Of a DNA stretch of 64,000 bases, positions 10,955-21,100 are shown in pieces. The stretch is from Malacoraja senta (lineage: Eukaryota). Position 1 is the stretch's first letter. The number at the start of each line of letters is the position of its first letter. The DNA lies in assembly GCA_038087875.1 (NCBI GenBank), contig JAXLNO010000645.1:62001-126000 (forward strand), in the 5' to 3' direction. Made by a program: the position numbers and the translations under genes. The notes under the pieces were generated by a model. The model did not search any database, was not told the origin of the DNA, and worked only from the letters and a program-made list of their open reading frames with translations.

Positions 10955-11885
10955 GAATAAGGGTCTTGACCTGAAACGTCACCCATTCCTTCTGTGTCAA
11001 GAATGAATATTGCTTTCTTTAACTTCAAGTACACCTGCGCTCGCTCTCTCTCCATCCCTCCCCAGTCACACCAGCTAGGTCTTGAATTTTCATGGCTTTT
11101 TACGTCTTGAATTTTCGTGGTTTTAACGTCTTGAATTTTCGTGGCTTTTCATGTCGAATTTTCGTGGCTTTTCACGTCTCAATTTTCATGACTTTTCATG
11201 CCTTGAATTTTCGTGGCTTTTCATTTCTTGAATTTTCGTGGCTTTTCATGTCTTGGTTTTTAGTGGCTTTTCACGTCTTGAATTGTCGTGGCTTTTCACG
11301 TTTTGAATAGTCATTGATTTCCACGTCTTGAAATTTCGTGGCTTTTCAAGTCTTGAATTTTTGTGGGGGGTGTTCACGTCTTGAATTTTCGTGGATTTTC
11401 AGGTCTTGAATATTGGTGTCTTTTCATGTCTTGAATTTTCGTGGCTTTTCATGTCTTGAATTTTCGTGGCTTTTCATGTCTTGAATTTTTGTGGCGTTTC
11501 ATGTCTTGAATTGTCGTGGCTTTTCATGTCTTGAATTGTCGTGGCTTTTCATGTCTTTATTTTTCGTGGCTTTTCACGTCATGAATTTTCGTGGCTTTTC
11601 ACGTCTTGAATTTTGTGGCTTTTCAAGTTTTGAAATGCCGTTGCCTTTTACGTTTTGAATTTTTGTGAATTTTAACGTCTTCAATTATCGTGGCTTATAA
11701 CGTCATGAATTTTTGTGGCTTTTAAAGTCATGCATTTTTGTGGCTTTTCACGTTTTGAATTTTCGTGGCTTTTCATGACCTGAAACGTCACCCATTCCTT
11801 CTCGCCAGGGATGCTGCCTCTCCCGTTGCGTTACTCCAGCATTTCGTGCCAATTTTCGGTTTAAACCGGCATCTACAGTTGCATC
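10955..11885 (+). mobile_element. Penelope pLTR/3' relics interrupted by a satellite block
   Basis: TGACCTGAAACGTCACCCATTCCTTCT at 10967 and 11776; ORF-end remnant ATGAATATTGCTTTCTTTAACTTCAAGTA at ~11002; GATGCTGCC..GTTACTCCAGCA at 11810-11841. Confidence 0.75.
11079..11778. repeat. Variant 25-bp satellite, ~28 units
   Basis: Consensus GTCTTGAATTTTCGTGGCTTTTCA(C/T); related to the main satellite and in the same orientation. Confidence 0.93.
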
Positions 11886-11897
11886 CAACTGTTAATA

Positions 11898-11972
11898 ATT
11901 TAGTTTAGTTTCGAGATACAGCGCGGAAACAGGCCCACCGATTCCGCACTGACCAACGATCCCCGCACATTA
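11898..11972 (-). mobile_element. HE1-like SINE / CR1 3' tail fragment
   Basis: TTTAGTTTAGTTTCGAGATACAGCGCGGAAAC is the reverse complement of the SINE tail at ~10017-10045. Confidence 0.7.
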
Positions 11973-11982
11973 TCACAATTAA

Positions 11983-12366
11983 TAGGTTGAAGGCCAAGAG
12001 CAAAGTCAGTAACACCGCCATCATGGAGCTTCTGCACAGGGACGACTGCTCCATTGCAGCACACACTGCAGAAGACCTCCAGGGCATCCTGAATGCCTTT
12101 GCCAAGGCATACAGAGCCATGGGCCTAGACCCAGGTCCCACATCAACCTCCACCCAACCAGCCATCTAAAAATCGACGACACCACTCTTGAAAACATTGA
12201 CCACTTCCCCAACCTTGGCAGCATTCTTTCTTCAAAAGCTGACATCGACTCTGAGGTCAACAATCGCCTGAGTTGTGCCAATGGAGCCTACGCCAGACTC
12301 AGGAGAAGAGTCTTTGAAGACCGAGACCTAAAGGTTCAAAGAAAACTGCTGGTCTACAGAGCCGTT
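11983..12366 (+). mobile_element. RTE-clade LINE RT fragment, left part
   Basis: KAKSKV..IMELL..DDC..AHTAEDLQ; LENIDHFPNLGSILS; ARLRRRVF...LLVYRAV. Confidence 0.85.
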
Positions 12367-12576
12367 TGTAAAGACTGTCCAAACACAGGGTGTCTTCACT
12401 CTAGTTTATTGCATACATTGTATTCGTATACACACATATTGCCCTAGCTGTTCGTGGTCCATTACCGGAGCTAGAGAGCGAGCTAGGGGTGGGAAGGTTA
12501 CATTTATACTGAAGCTAATGGGGAGTGGTTAGTAGAAGTGAGGTCACCATGTTAAAGGAACATGCACGGCTCTACA
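12367..12576 (-). repeat. Gypsy 3' LTR (210 bp)
   Basis: TGTAGAG...CTTTACA termini; preceded by PPT AAGGGGAAGGA; contains TATAAA (~12503) and AATAAA (~12405) on the minus strand. Confidence 0.88.
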
Positions 12577-12680
12577 TCCTTCCCCTTGAAAAGGGAAACA
12601 TAGCAATGATGACAGTGAGACCACGACTCATACGCTAGGCACAAACCCGCGCGTACATCGTCAGGAAAAACTTAAAACAT

Positions 12681-15473
12681 TCAAGCAAACTCCCCGTAAC
12701 GTTCAGGCGGCTTGACCAGACGCCCGAAGCGGGTATGCAGCCCGCCTCCCCCCCCCTTCGAAGGTAGAGTGGGCACCGGGGCAGGAGCGGCGACAGGTGA
12801 ACCGAAAGGGGAATGAGCAGGAGGGGGAGAACGAGGAGACCGGGGAGGAGACAAGGGCACCGCAACGGGCACGCGAGCGGGAGATGGCTGATGGGGGGGG
12901 CCAGGAGGAGCAGCGGGAGAACGGGGCGCCAAGGGTTGCGAGGGCAGAGGAGCGGGAGGCAACGAGGCGGCAACCGGGGGAGCAAAAGGGGCTGCGGGAG
13001 GCGGAGCGGGCTCGTTGACCGGCAGCAAATGCTGGCGGGACCGGCGGTAGATTGTGCCCTCGTAGTCAACCAGGTAGGAGCGCGGAGAGTCGGCAAAGCC
13101 GACGACAACAGCCAAGCGGTGGTGTCCGGAGGGGGATTGCATCCGGACGACCTGGCCCTCGAAGAGGGGCTGAAGGGGACGGCATGACTTGTCGTGGGAG
13201 CGCTTCTGGACGACCTGTTTCTGGGTAATACGCTTCTGGACAGCAGCAGGGCTGCGGACTGCGGGCCGTAGCGACCGCTGGGAGACAGGGATTGGAGGGC
13301 GAGTGGTGCGGGACATGAGCCGTTGAGCCGGTGAGCCCATGGCAGGGTCGCGACTAATATTTCGGAGATTCAGTAGAGCGAGATAAAAATCCGAATGCGA
13401 CAGTCTGCAATGTTCCAGCAGCTCCTTGGCACTGCGGACGGCGCGCTCAGCAAGGCCGTTGCTCTGCGGGTACTCCGGGCTGCTGGTGATGTGGCGAAAG
13501 TTGTAGGCGGCGGCGAATGCGCGGAACTCAGCACTCGTGAACTGGCCCCCGTTGTCAGACTGCACAGTCACAGGAATGCCAAAGGTTGCAAAGAGGGGTT
13601 GCAACGTCCCGATGACCGCAGCAGAAGTGAGGGAGTGCAGACGCTTAATCTCGAACCAGCTGGAGTAAGAGTCGACCAGGACCAGGAAATGTTTGCCACG
13701 CCACTCAAATATGTCCGTAGCGACCGCCATCCACGCCAGGGCGGGGGCAGGCTGTTGCAGGAGTGGCTGGCGTTGCTGGTGGGGAGAGAGGGTATTGCAG
13801 GTGGAGCAGGCAGAGACCCTCTCCCGGATGTCCTGTGCCATGCTGGGCCAATAAATTTGGCTCTGGGCCTGGGACAGGGTGGCATCGGCACCGGGATGGC
13901 CGTTGTGGGCAGTTTGGAAATAGTGGTCCCGCAGAGCGGCAGGCACCACAACCTTGTGGCCCTTCACCACCACGCCTCCCTGCAGCACAAGTTCGTCCCG
14001 GACTAGGAAGTAGGGCGCAGCACCAGCCGGCAGGGGTGAGCGACGGTCAGGCCAGCCGCGACGGATGACGTCTATAAGCTGTTGCAGGGCAGGATCATTG
14101 GCGGTGTGGTGAATCAGGGACTGCAACTGCTGGGAGGGCATGAAGTTGACGTTTAGCACCATCAGGTCGGATGACTCGTACGGGTGGCGGGCTGTAGAAG
14201 CCAGCGGTGCGCGCGACAGCGTGTCGGCCACAAACATGTCCTTGCCCTTGCGGTACACGATTTGAAACGTGAAGCGTTGGAGTTGCAGCATCATGCGCTG
14301 CAAACGGGAAGAGGCAACGTGGATCGGTTTGTTTAAGATCGTGACCAGCGGCTGGTGGTCGGTTTCGATAGTGAAGGTGTTACCTATAATGTAGTCCCTG
14401 AACTTCGAGCAGGCAAACACCACGGCAAGGAGCTCTTTCTCGATCTGAGCGTAGCGTTGCTCGGTTGGGGTCATGGTGCGGGAGGCGTAGGAGACAGGCA
14501 GCTGCAGGCGGTCGTGGATCTGCAGGCAGGCGGCACCGAGACCGAAACTTGATGCATCGCAGGTAATGACGATAGGGCGCTTTAAGTCGAAGAACTTCAG
14601 AGTGGGGGCGCGAACCAGCCGGGATTTCAAGTCATCGAAGGCTGCCTGATGTAGCGGGTACCAAACCCAGGCAGTGTCCACCTTGGTCAGTTCCCTCAGG
14701 GGCGCACTCAGCTCGCTGATGTCGGGAATAAATTTCCCCAGATAGTTCATCATGCCCAAGAAGCGTTGCAGGCTTGGCACGTCGACCGGAGCTGGCATCT
14801 CTGAGACCGCAGCTGTCTTCTGTGGGTCTGGTTTCAGACCCTCGGCCGTAAAAACGTGGCCCACGTAGGTGAACTCCGGGACGCGGAAACGGCACTTCTT
14901 GGGGTTCAGTTTGAGGTTGATTTCCCGAGCCCGATCCAGGACCAGACGGAGGTGGAGGTCGTGCTCAGCGACGTCCCTCCCGTACACCAAGATGTCATCA
15001 ACGATGATAGCACACGGCAGACCTGCAAATAGCTGCTCCATGGTGCGCTGGAAAACCTCGCTGGCAGAATTGATCCCGAAAGGCATGCGGAGGAAACGGA
15101 ACCTGCCGAAAGGTGTACCAAACGTGGTCAGTAAAGATGAACGTTCATCCAGCGGAATCTGCCAGAAAGAGTTCTTGGCATCGAGGACAGAGAATACAGT
15201 GGCCGGGCCAACCTTTGCAGCGACGTCCTCCACCGTTCGCATGGGGTAGTGCGGGCGCTTGATGGCAAGGTTTAGGTCCTTGGGGTTGATACAGATCCGA
15301 ATCTCACTCTTGTCCTTCTTAGCAGCAACGACCATGGTGGAGACCCACCGGGTGGCATCGCTCACTTCCTTGATGATGCCCATGGCCACCATCTGGCGTA
15401 GAGTGGACTCCACCTTGTCCTTCATAGCAAAGGAGACGCGGTGAGGAGGGCGGACTATCGGATGGACCCCACC
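12681..15473 (-). CDS. Gypsy pol (RT, RNase H, integrase), open but 5'-truncated
   Basis: LDAKNSFWQ, MPFG, IVDDILV, CDAS, YAQIEKELLA, TDHQPL, HHCC zinc finger, VDSYS / SDNG / SNGLAE, and a terminal TRFGRLVKPPERY. The first ~25 aa of the listed ORF are antisense RTE sequence. Confidence 0.9.
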   Translation of the reverse strand, partial: GGVHPIVRPPHRVSFAMKDKVESTLRQMVAMGIIKEVSDATRWVSTMVVAAKKDKSEIRICINPKDLNLAIKRPHYPMRTVEDVAAKVGPATVFSVLDAKNSFWQIPLDERSSLLTTFGTPFGRFRFLRMPFGINSASEVFQRTMEQLFAGLPCAIIVDDILVYGRDVAEHDLHLRLVLDRAREINLKLNPKKCRFRVPEFTYVGHVFTAEGLKPDPQKTAAVSEMPAPVDVPSLQRFLGMMNYLGKFIPDISELSAPLRELTKVDTAWVWYPLHQAAFDDLKSRLVRAPTLKFFDLKRPIVITCDASSFGLGAACLQIHDRLQLPVSYASRTMTPTEQRYAQIEKELLAVVFACSKFRDYIIGNTFTIETDHQPLVTILNKPIHVASSRLQRMMLQLQRFTFQIVYRKGKDMFVADTLSRAPLASTARHPYESSDLMVLNVNFMPSQQLQSLIHHTANDPALQQLIDVIRRGWPDRRSPLPAGAAPYFLVRDELVLQGGVVVKGHKVVVPAALRDHYFQTAHNGHPGADATLSQAQSQIYWPSMAQDIRERVSACSTCNTLSPHQQRQPLLQQPAPALAWMAVATDIFEWRGKHFLVLVDSYSSWFEIKRLHSLTSAAVIGTLQPLFATFGIPVTVQSDNGGQFTSAEFRAFAAAYNFRHITSSPEYPQSNGLAERAVRSAKELLEHCRLSHSDFYLALLNLRNISRDPAMGSPAQRLMSRTTRPPIPVSQRSLRPAVRSPAAVQKRITQKQVVQKRSHDKSCRPLQPLFEGQVVRMQSPSGHHRLAVVVGFADSPRSYLVDYEGTIYRRSRQHLLPVNEPAPPPAAPFAPPVAASLPPAPLPSQPLAPRSPAAPPGPPHQPSPARVPVAVPLSPPRSPRSPPPAHSPFGSPVAAPAPVPTLPSKGGGGGLHTRFGRLVKPPERYGEFA

Positions 15474-16130
15474 CCGTCCTCTAACACCCCGTTGTATGGA
15501 GTTGAGTAATGGATCACCTACAGCAGGCACCTGAGAGTTCTGGAACAATATCATCGAAGATCCTTACGAAAAATTCTGAGGATCAGCTGGGAGGACAAAC
15601 GCACCAACATCACCGTTTTGGAGGAAGCCAACATGACCAGCATCACCACCACAATAATGCAGCACCAACTTTGATGGACTGGCCATATCATCCGCATGTT
15701 CAACATAGTCTCCTTAAACAAATACTGTGCTCTCAACTGAAGGAAGATCGGCGAGCCCCCGGCGGGCGAAAGAAAAGCTTCAAGGACAACACCAAGAACA
15801 GTCTGAAGAATTTCCACATCACATCAAGCAACTGGGAGTGCATTGCACTAGACATGCATTCCTGCAGGAAGTCTGTGCAGGAATGAGCTGCACTTCACGA
15901 AATGGAACCATGATGTGTCGCAGATACAATGCGACAGCAGCATAAGGAGAGAGAGAAGGAGGCTCGACACTACCAACTGCCGCCAGTCTCCACTGCTCAC
16001 GTTGCACCAAGGTGTGTGGATCGTGGATCGGCCTTTACAGACGTCTGCAGACCCACAAGTGGATGACCATATGGAGAGGACAATCATACTCGTTTCGAGT
16101 GACCGCCGATAATCACACAAGAGAGACAAT
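15474..16130 (+). mobile_element. RTE-clade LINE, right part (RT C-terminus and 3' end)
   Basis: LYGVE.WITYSRHLRVLEQYH..LRKILRISWEDKRTN..VLEEA; WTGHIIRM; KQILCSQLK. Confidence 0.85.
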
Positions 16131-16196
16131 TTAAACTGTTATGCCAAGCCATTTATGTATATAATGTAAATAAATGAGCTGGACATCAATGTTGAT

Positions 16197-16260
16197 TGGT
16201 TAAGTTTAATTTCGAGATACAGTGCGGAGACAGACCCTTCCGCCCACCGAATCCGCACCG
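16197..16260 (-). mobile_element. HE1-like SINE / CR1 3' tail fragment
   Basis: TTTCGAGATACAGTGCGGAGACAG...CCCACCGAATCCGCACCG, similar to 11898-11972. Confidence 0.65.
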
Positions 16261-16600
16261 AGGAAGGAACGGCAGATGCTGGTTTACACAGAAGATAGAC
16301 ACAAAAGCTGGAGTAACCCAGCGGGGCTCGCAGCATATCTGGAGAAAGGGTGACGTTTTGGTTCGAGACCCTTCTTCAGACTGAGAGGCAGGTGAAAGGG
16401 AAACGAGAGGTATGGAAAGGTACAGAACAAATCAGGCCGAAACGATGGCCCAGGAAAGGTGGAGCCCACAATGGTCTATTGCTTGTCATGGAAGAGATAC
16501 AAACATGGAAACTAGCAGAACAATAAAGTGGGGGAGGAACAGAGAGAGGGAAAGCAAGGGTTACTTGAGGTTAGAGAAGGCAATGTTCTTACCGCTGAGG
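16261..16600 (-). mobile_element. Penelope 3' end/pLTR; continues at 21349-21392 beyond the CR1 insertion
   Basis: Minus strand: KLEE.HLVFRLGGL (21349-21392) joins SGKNIAFSNLK* (16560-16600); hammerhead-like CTGAAGAAGGGTCTCGAACCAAAACGTC at 16352-16379. Confidence 0.8.
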
Positions 16601-16916
16601 AGCTACACACGACCGGTAGGAGTTAAAAAGGAGCGCGGGGCTTGCTTGTTCCTTACAGAGGTCCAAGAGCCGTTGCAGAGAACGCAGAGGGAGGAGCTAC
16701 ACACGACCGGTAGGAGTTAAAAAGGAGCGCGGGGCTTGCTTGTTCCTTACAGAGGTCCAAGAGCCGTTGCAGAGAACGCAGAGGGAGGAGCTACACACGA
16801 CCGGTAGGAGTTAAAAAGGAGCGCGGGGCTTGCTTGTTCCTTACAGAGGTCCAAGAGCCGTTGCAGAGAACGCAGAGGGAGGAGCTACACACGACCGGTA
16901 GGAGTTAAAAAGGAGT
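16597..16916 (+). repeat. 94-bp tandem monomers (~3.4 copies) in the CR1 5'UTR
   Basis: AGCTACACACGACCGG at 16601, 16695, 16789 and 16883. Confidence 0.95.
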
Positions 16917-17038
16917 ACCGAAATCTGTAACGTTCCAAGTTCCACTTCAAAAACAAGTGGGTTTGAGGAAGCCGCTGATTGGTGGACGCAGACAAGAGGG
17001 AGCAGCTGATTGGGAGTCAGATCCCTGCTGATTGTACT

Positions 17039-17178
17039 GTATTGTAGCAGTTTGTTTTGTATTGTAGCAGTTTGTTTTGTATTGTAGCAGTTTGTTTTGT
17101 ATTGTAGCAGTTTGTTTTGTATTGTAGCAGTTTGTTTTGTATTGTAGCAGTTTGTTTTGTATTGTAGCAGTTTGTTTT
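17039..17178 (+). repeat. 20-bp tandem repeat x7 in the CR1 5'UTR
   Basis: (GTATTGTAGCAGTTTGTTTT)n directly upstream of ORF1. Confidence 0.95.
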
Positions 17179-17203
17179 ATATTCTATCCAGGGTAAGGGG
17201 AGT

Positions 17204-18133
17204 ATGAAGGCCAGGGCAGTTTACTGTTCTGGATGTCAGATGTGGGAATTCATGGAATCTGATAGCCCTCCAGACGTCCACATCTGCGTCAGGTGTATCG
17301 AGATGGGGCTCCTAATGGACCGTATTAGGAACCTGGAGCAGCAGCTCGATGACCTCCGTCTGGTCAGGGAGAGCGAGGAAGTCATCGAGAGGAGTTACAG
17401 GGATGTGGTCACTCCAACACCACAGGAGGCAGGCAAGTGGATCACGGTTGGGAGAGGCAAGGGGCACAGGCAGGGACTAGAGAGTACCCCGGTGGCTGTA
17501 CACCTTGACAATAAGTACTCCTGTTTGAGCACTGTTGGGGTGGACAGCCTACCTGGGGGTAGCGACAGCGGCCGGGCCTCCGGTATAGAGACCGGTCCTG
17601 TTGCTCAGAAGGGTAAGAAGAGGAGGGCAATATTAATAGGGGACTCTATCGTTAGGGGGTCAGACAGGCGATTCTGTGGACGCAGTCGGGAGACCCGGAT
17701 GGTAGTTTGCCTCCCTGGTGCCAGGGTCTGTGATGTGTCTCAACGTGTCCAAGACATCCTGAAAGGGCAGGGAGAGGAGCCCGAAGTCGTGATACATATA
17801 GGTACCAATGACATAGGTAAAAAAAGAGAAGACGTCCTGAAAGGAGAATTTAGGGAGTTAGGAGGGGAGTTAAAGAGAAGGACAGCGAAGGTAACAATCT
17901 CGGGATTACTGCCTGTGCCACGCGACAGTGAGAGTAGGAATGGAGCGAGGTGGAGGATAAATGCGTGGCTGAAGGACTGGTGCAGAAGGCAGGGATTCAA
18001 ATTTCTGGATCATTGGGACCTCTTTTGTGGAAGGTACGACCTGTACAAAAAGGATGGGTTGCACTTGAACCTGAGGGGGACCGATATCCTGGCGGGGAGA
18101 TCTGCAAAGGCTACTGGGGAGATTTTAAACTAG
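17204..18133 (+). CDS. CR1 ORF1p (zinc finger/leucine zipper + SGNH esterase)
   Basis: CxxC...CxxC, coiled coil, IGDSIVR, CLPGA, HIGTND, DGLHL. Confidence 0.93.
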   Translation: MKARAVYCSGCQMWEFMESDSPPDVHICVRCIEMGLLMDRIRNLEQQLDDLRLVRESEEVIERSYRDVVTPTPQEAGKWITVGRGKGHRQGLESTPVAVHLDNKYSCLSTVGVDSLPGGSDSGRASGIETGPVAQKGKKRRAILIGDSIVRGSDRRFCGRSRETRMVVCLPGARVCDVSQRVQDILKGQGEEPEVVIHIGTNDIGKKREDVLKGEFRELGGELKRRTAKVTISGLLPVPRDSESRNGARWRINAWLKDWCRRQGFKFLDHWDLFCGRYDLYKKDGLHLNLRGTDILAGRSAKATGEILN

Positions 18134-21100
18134 AATGGTTGGGGGGAGGGACTCAAATAGAGAATGCTATTGGACAGTGTGTGAGGCAGGAGGCAGAGAA
18201 GGAAAGCACTCAGACCCAACATGTAGGGGGGAAAGAAGAAAACAATAATAAACAGAGAATAAATGGTGGTGGGGTTCTTAAATGGGTGAGCAGAGAAACA
18301 GAGGGGTGCAAAATGCGGGCGGAAGCAATAGGTAGCAAGGTGAAAAGTAAAAGTGGCAGGCAGACAAATCCAGGGCAAAATTCAAAAAGAGCCACGTTCC
18401 AACATAATGGTATAAGGGGTAAGAGCGTTGTAAAAACAAGCCTGAAGGCTTTGTGTCTCAATGCAAGGAGCATTCGTAATAAGGTCGATGAGTTGAACGT
18501 GCAGATAGCAATTAATGATTATGATATAGTTGGGATCACGGAGACATGGCTCCAGGGTGACCAAGGCTGGGAGCTGAACATCCAGGGATATACAATATTC
18601 AGGAGGGATAGAGAGAAAGGAAAAGGAGGTGGGGTAGCTTTGCTGGTTAGAGAGGAGATTAACGCAGTGGAAAGGAAGGACATTAGCTTGGAGGATGTGG
18701 AATCGGTATGGGTAGAGCTACGAAATACTAAGGGGCAGAAAACGCTGGTGGGTGTTGTGTACAGGCCACCTAGCAGTAGTAGTGAAGTTGGGGATGGCAT
18801 CAAACAGGAAATTAGAAATGCGTGCAACAAAGGCAAAACAGTTATAATGGGTGACTTCAATCTACATATAGATTGGGTGAATCAAATTGGCAGGGGTGCT
18901 GAGGAAGAGGATTTCTTGGAATGTATGAGGGATAGTTATCTAAACCAACATGTAGAGGAACCAACGAGAGAGCAGGCTATTCTAGACTGGGTATTGAGTA
19001 ATGAGGAAGGGTCAGTTAGCAGACTTGTTGTGCGTGCCCCCTTGGGCAAGAGTGACCATAATATGGTTGAGTTCTTCATTAGGATGGAGAGTGACATTGT
19101 TAATTCAGAAACAACGGTTCTGAACTTAAAGAAAGGTAACTTTGAGGATATGAGACGTGAATTGGCCAAGATTGACTGGCAATTAGTTCTAAAAGGGTTG
19201 ACGGTGGATATGCAATGGAAGGCATTTAAAGACTGCATGGATGAACTACAAAAAATGTTCATCCCAGTTTGGCAAAAGAATAAATCAGGGAAGGTAGTGC
19301 ATCCGTGGATAACAAGGGAAATCAGGGATAGTATCAATGCAAAAGATGTTGCGTACAAATTAGCTAGAAAAAGCAGCATACCAGAGGACTGGGAGAAATT
19401 TAGAGACCAGCAGAGGAGGACAAAGGGCTTAATTAGGAAAGGGAAAATAGATTATGAAAGGAAACTGGCAGGGAACATAAAAACTGACTGCAAATTTTTT
19501 TATAGATATGTGAAGAGAAAGAGATTAGTTAAAACAAATGTAGGTCCCTTGCAGTCAGAAACAGGTGAATTGATCATGGGGAACAAGGATATGGCGGACC
19601 AATTGAATAACTACTTTGGTTCCGTCTTCACTAAGGAAGACATAAATAATCTGCCGGAAATAGCAGGGGGCCGCGGGTCAAAGGAGATGGAGGATCTGAG
19701 TGAAATCCAGGTTAGTCGGGAAGTGGTGTTGGGTAAATTGAATGGATTAAAGGCCGATAAATCACCAGGGCCAGATAGGCTGCATCCCAGAGTACTTAAG
19801 GAAGTAGCTCCAGAAATAGTGGATGCATTAGTGATACTTTTTCAAAACTCTTTAGATTCTGGAGTAGTTCCTGAGGATTGGAGGGTAGCAAACGTAAACC
19901 CACTTTTTAAGAAGGGAGGGAGAGAAAAAACGGGGAATTACAGACCAGTTAGTCTAACATCGGTAGTGGGGAAACTGCTAGAGTCAGTTATTAAAGATGG
20001 GATAGCAGCACATTTGGAAAGTGGTGAAATCATTGGACAAAGTCAGCATGGATTTACGAAAGGTAAATCGTGTCTGACGAATCTTATAGAATTTTTCGAG
20101 GATGTAACTAGTAGAGTGGATAGGGGAGAACCAGTGGATGTGTTGTGTCTGGACTTTCAGAAGGCTTTCGACAAGGTACCACATAAGAGATTAGGATACA
20201 AGCTTAAATCACACGGTATTGGGGGTTCAGTATTGATGTGGATAGAGAACTGGCTGGCAAACAGGAAGCAAAGAGTAGGAGTAAACGGGTCCTTTTCACA
20301 ATGGCAGGCAGTGACTAGTGGGGTACCGCAAGGCTCAGTGCTGGGACCCCAGCTATTTACAATTTATATTAATGATCTGGACGAGGGAATTGAAAGCAAC
20401 ATCTCCAAGTTTGCGGATGACACTAAGCTGGGGGGCAGTGTTAGCTGTGAGGAGGATGCTAGGAGACTGCAAGGTGACTTGGATAGGCTGGGGGAGTGGG
20501 CAAATGTTTGGCAGATGCAGTATAATGTGGATAAATGTGAGGTTATCCACTTTGGTGGCAAAAACGGGAAGGCAGACTATTATCTAAATGGTGGCCGTTT
20601 AGGAAATGGGGAGGTGCAGCGAGACCTGGGTGTCATGGTACACCAGTCATTGAAAGTAGGCATGCAGGTGCAGCAGGCAGTGAAGAAAGCGAATGGTATG
20701 TTGGCCTTCATAGCAAGAGGATTTGAGTATAGGAGCAGGGAGGTTCTACTGCAGTTGTACAGGGTCTTGGTGAGACCACACCTGGTGTATTGCGTACAGT
20801 TTTGGTCTCCAAATCTGAGGAAGGACATTATAGCCATAGAGGGAGTGCAGAGAAGGTTCACCAGACTGATTCCTGGGATGTCAGGACTTTCATATGAAGA
20901 AAGACTGGATAGACTTGGCTTATACTCGCTAGAATTTAGGAGATTGAGAGGGGATCTTATAGAAACGTACAAAATTCTTATGGGGTTGGACAGGCTAGAT
21001 GCAGGAAGATTGTTCCCGATGTTGGGGAAGTCCAGGACAAGGGGTCACAGCTTAAGGATAAGGGGGAAATCCTTTAAGACCGAGATGAGGAAAAAGTTTT

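Larger units (their letters stand above)
12367..15473 (-). mobile_element. Ty3/Gypsy LTR retrotransposon, 5' half missing
   Basis: RT-RNaseH-integrase ORF, polypurine tract and a single 3' LTR; lies between two parts of an RTE. Confidence 0.95.

Noticed and set aside
12635..15444. Antisense and alternate-frame ORFs over the Gypsy pol
   Set aside because: Expected shadow ORFs of a GC-rich coding sequence; no recognisable domains.
16597..17178. CRISPR-like appearance of regular repeats (here and in the satellite)
   Set aside because: Pure tandem repeats with no unique spacers, no cas genes, and a vertebrate context.
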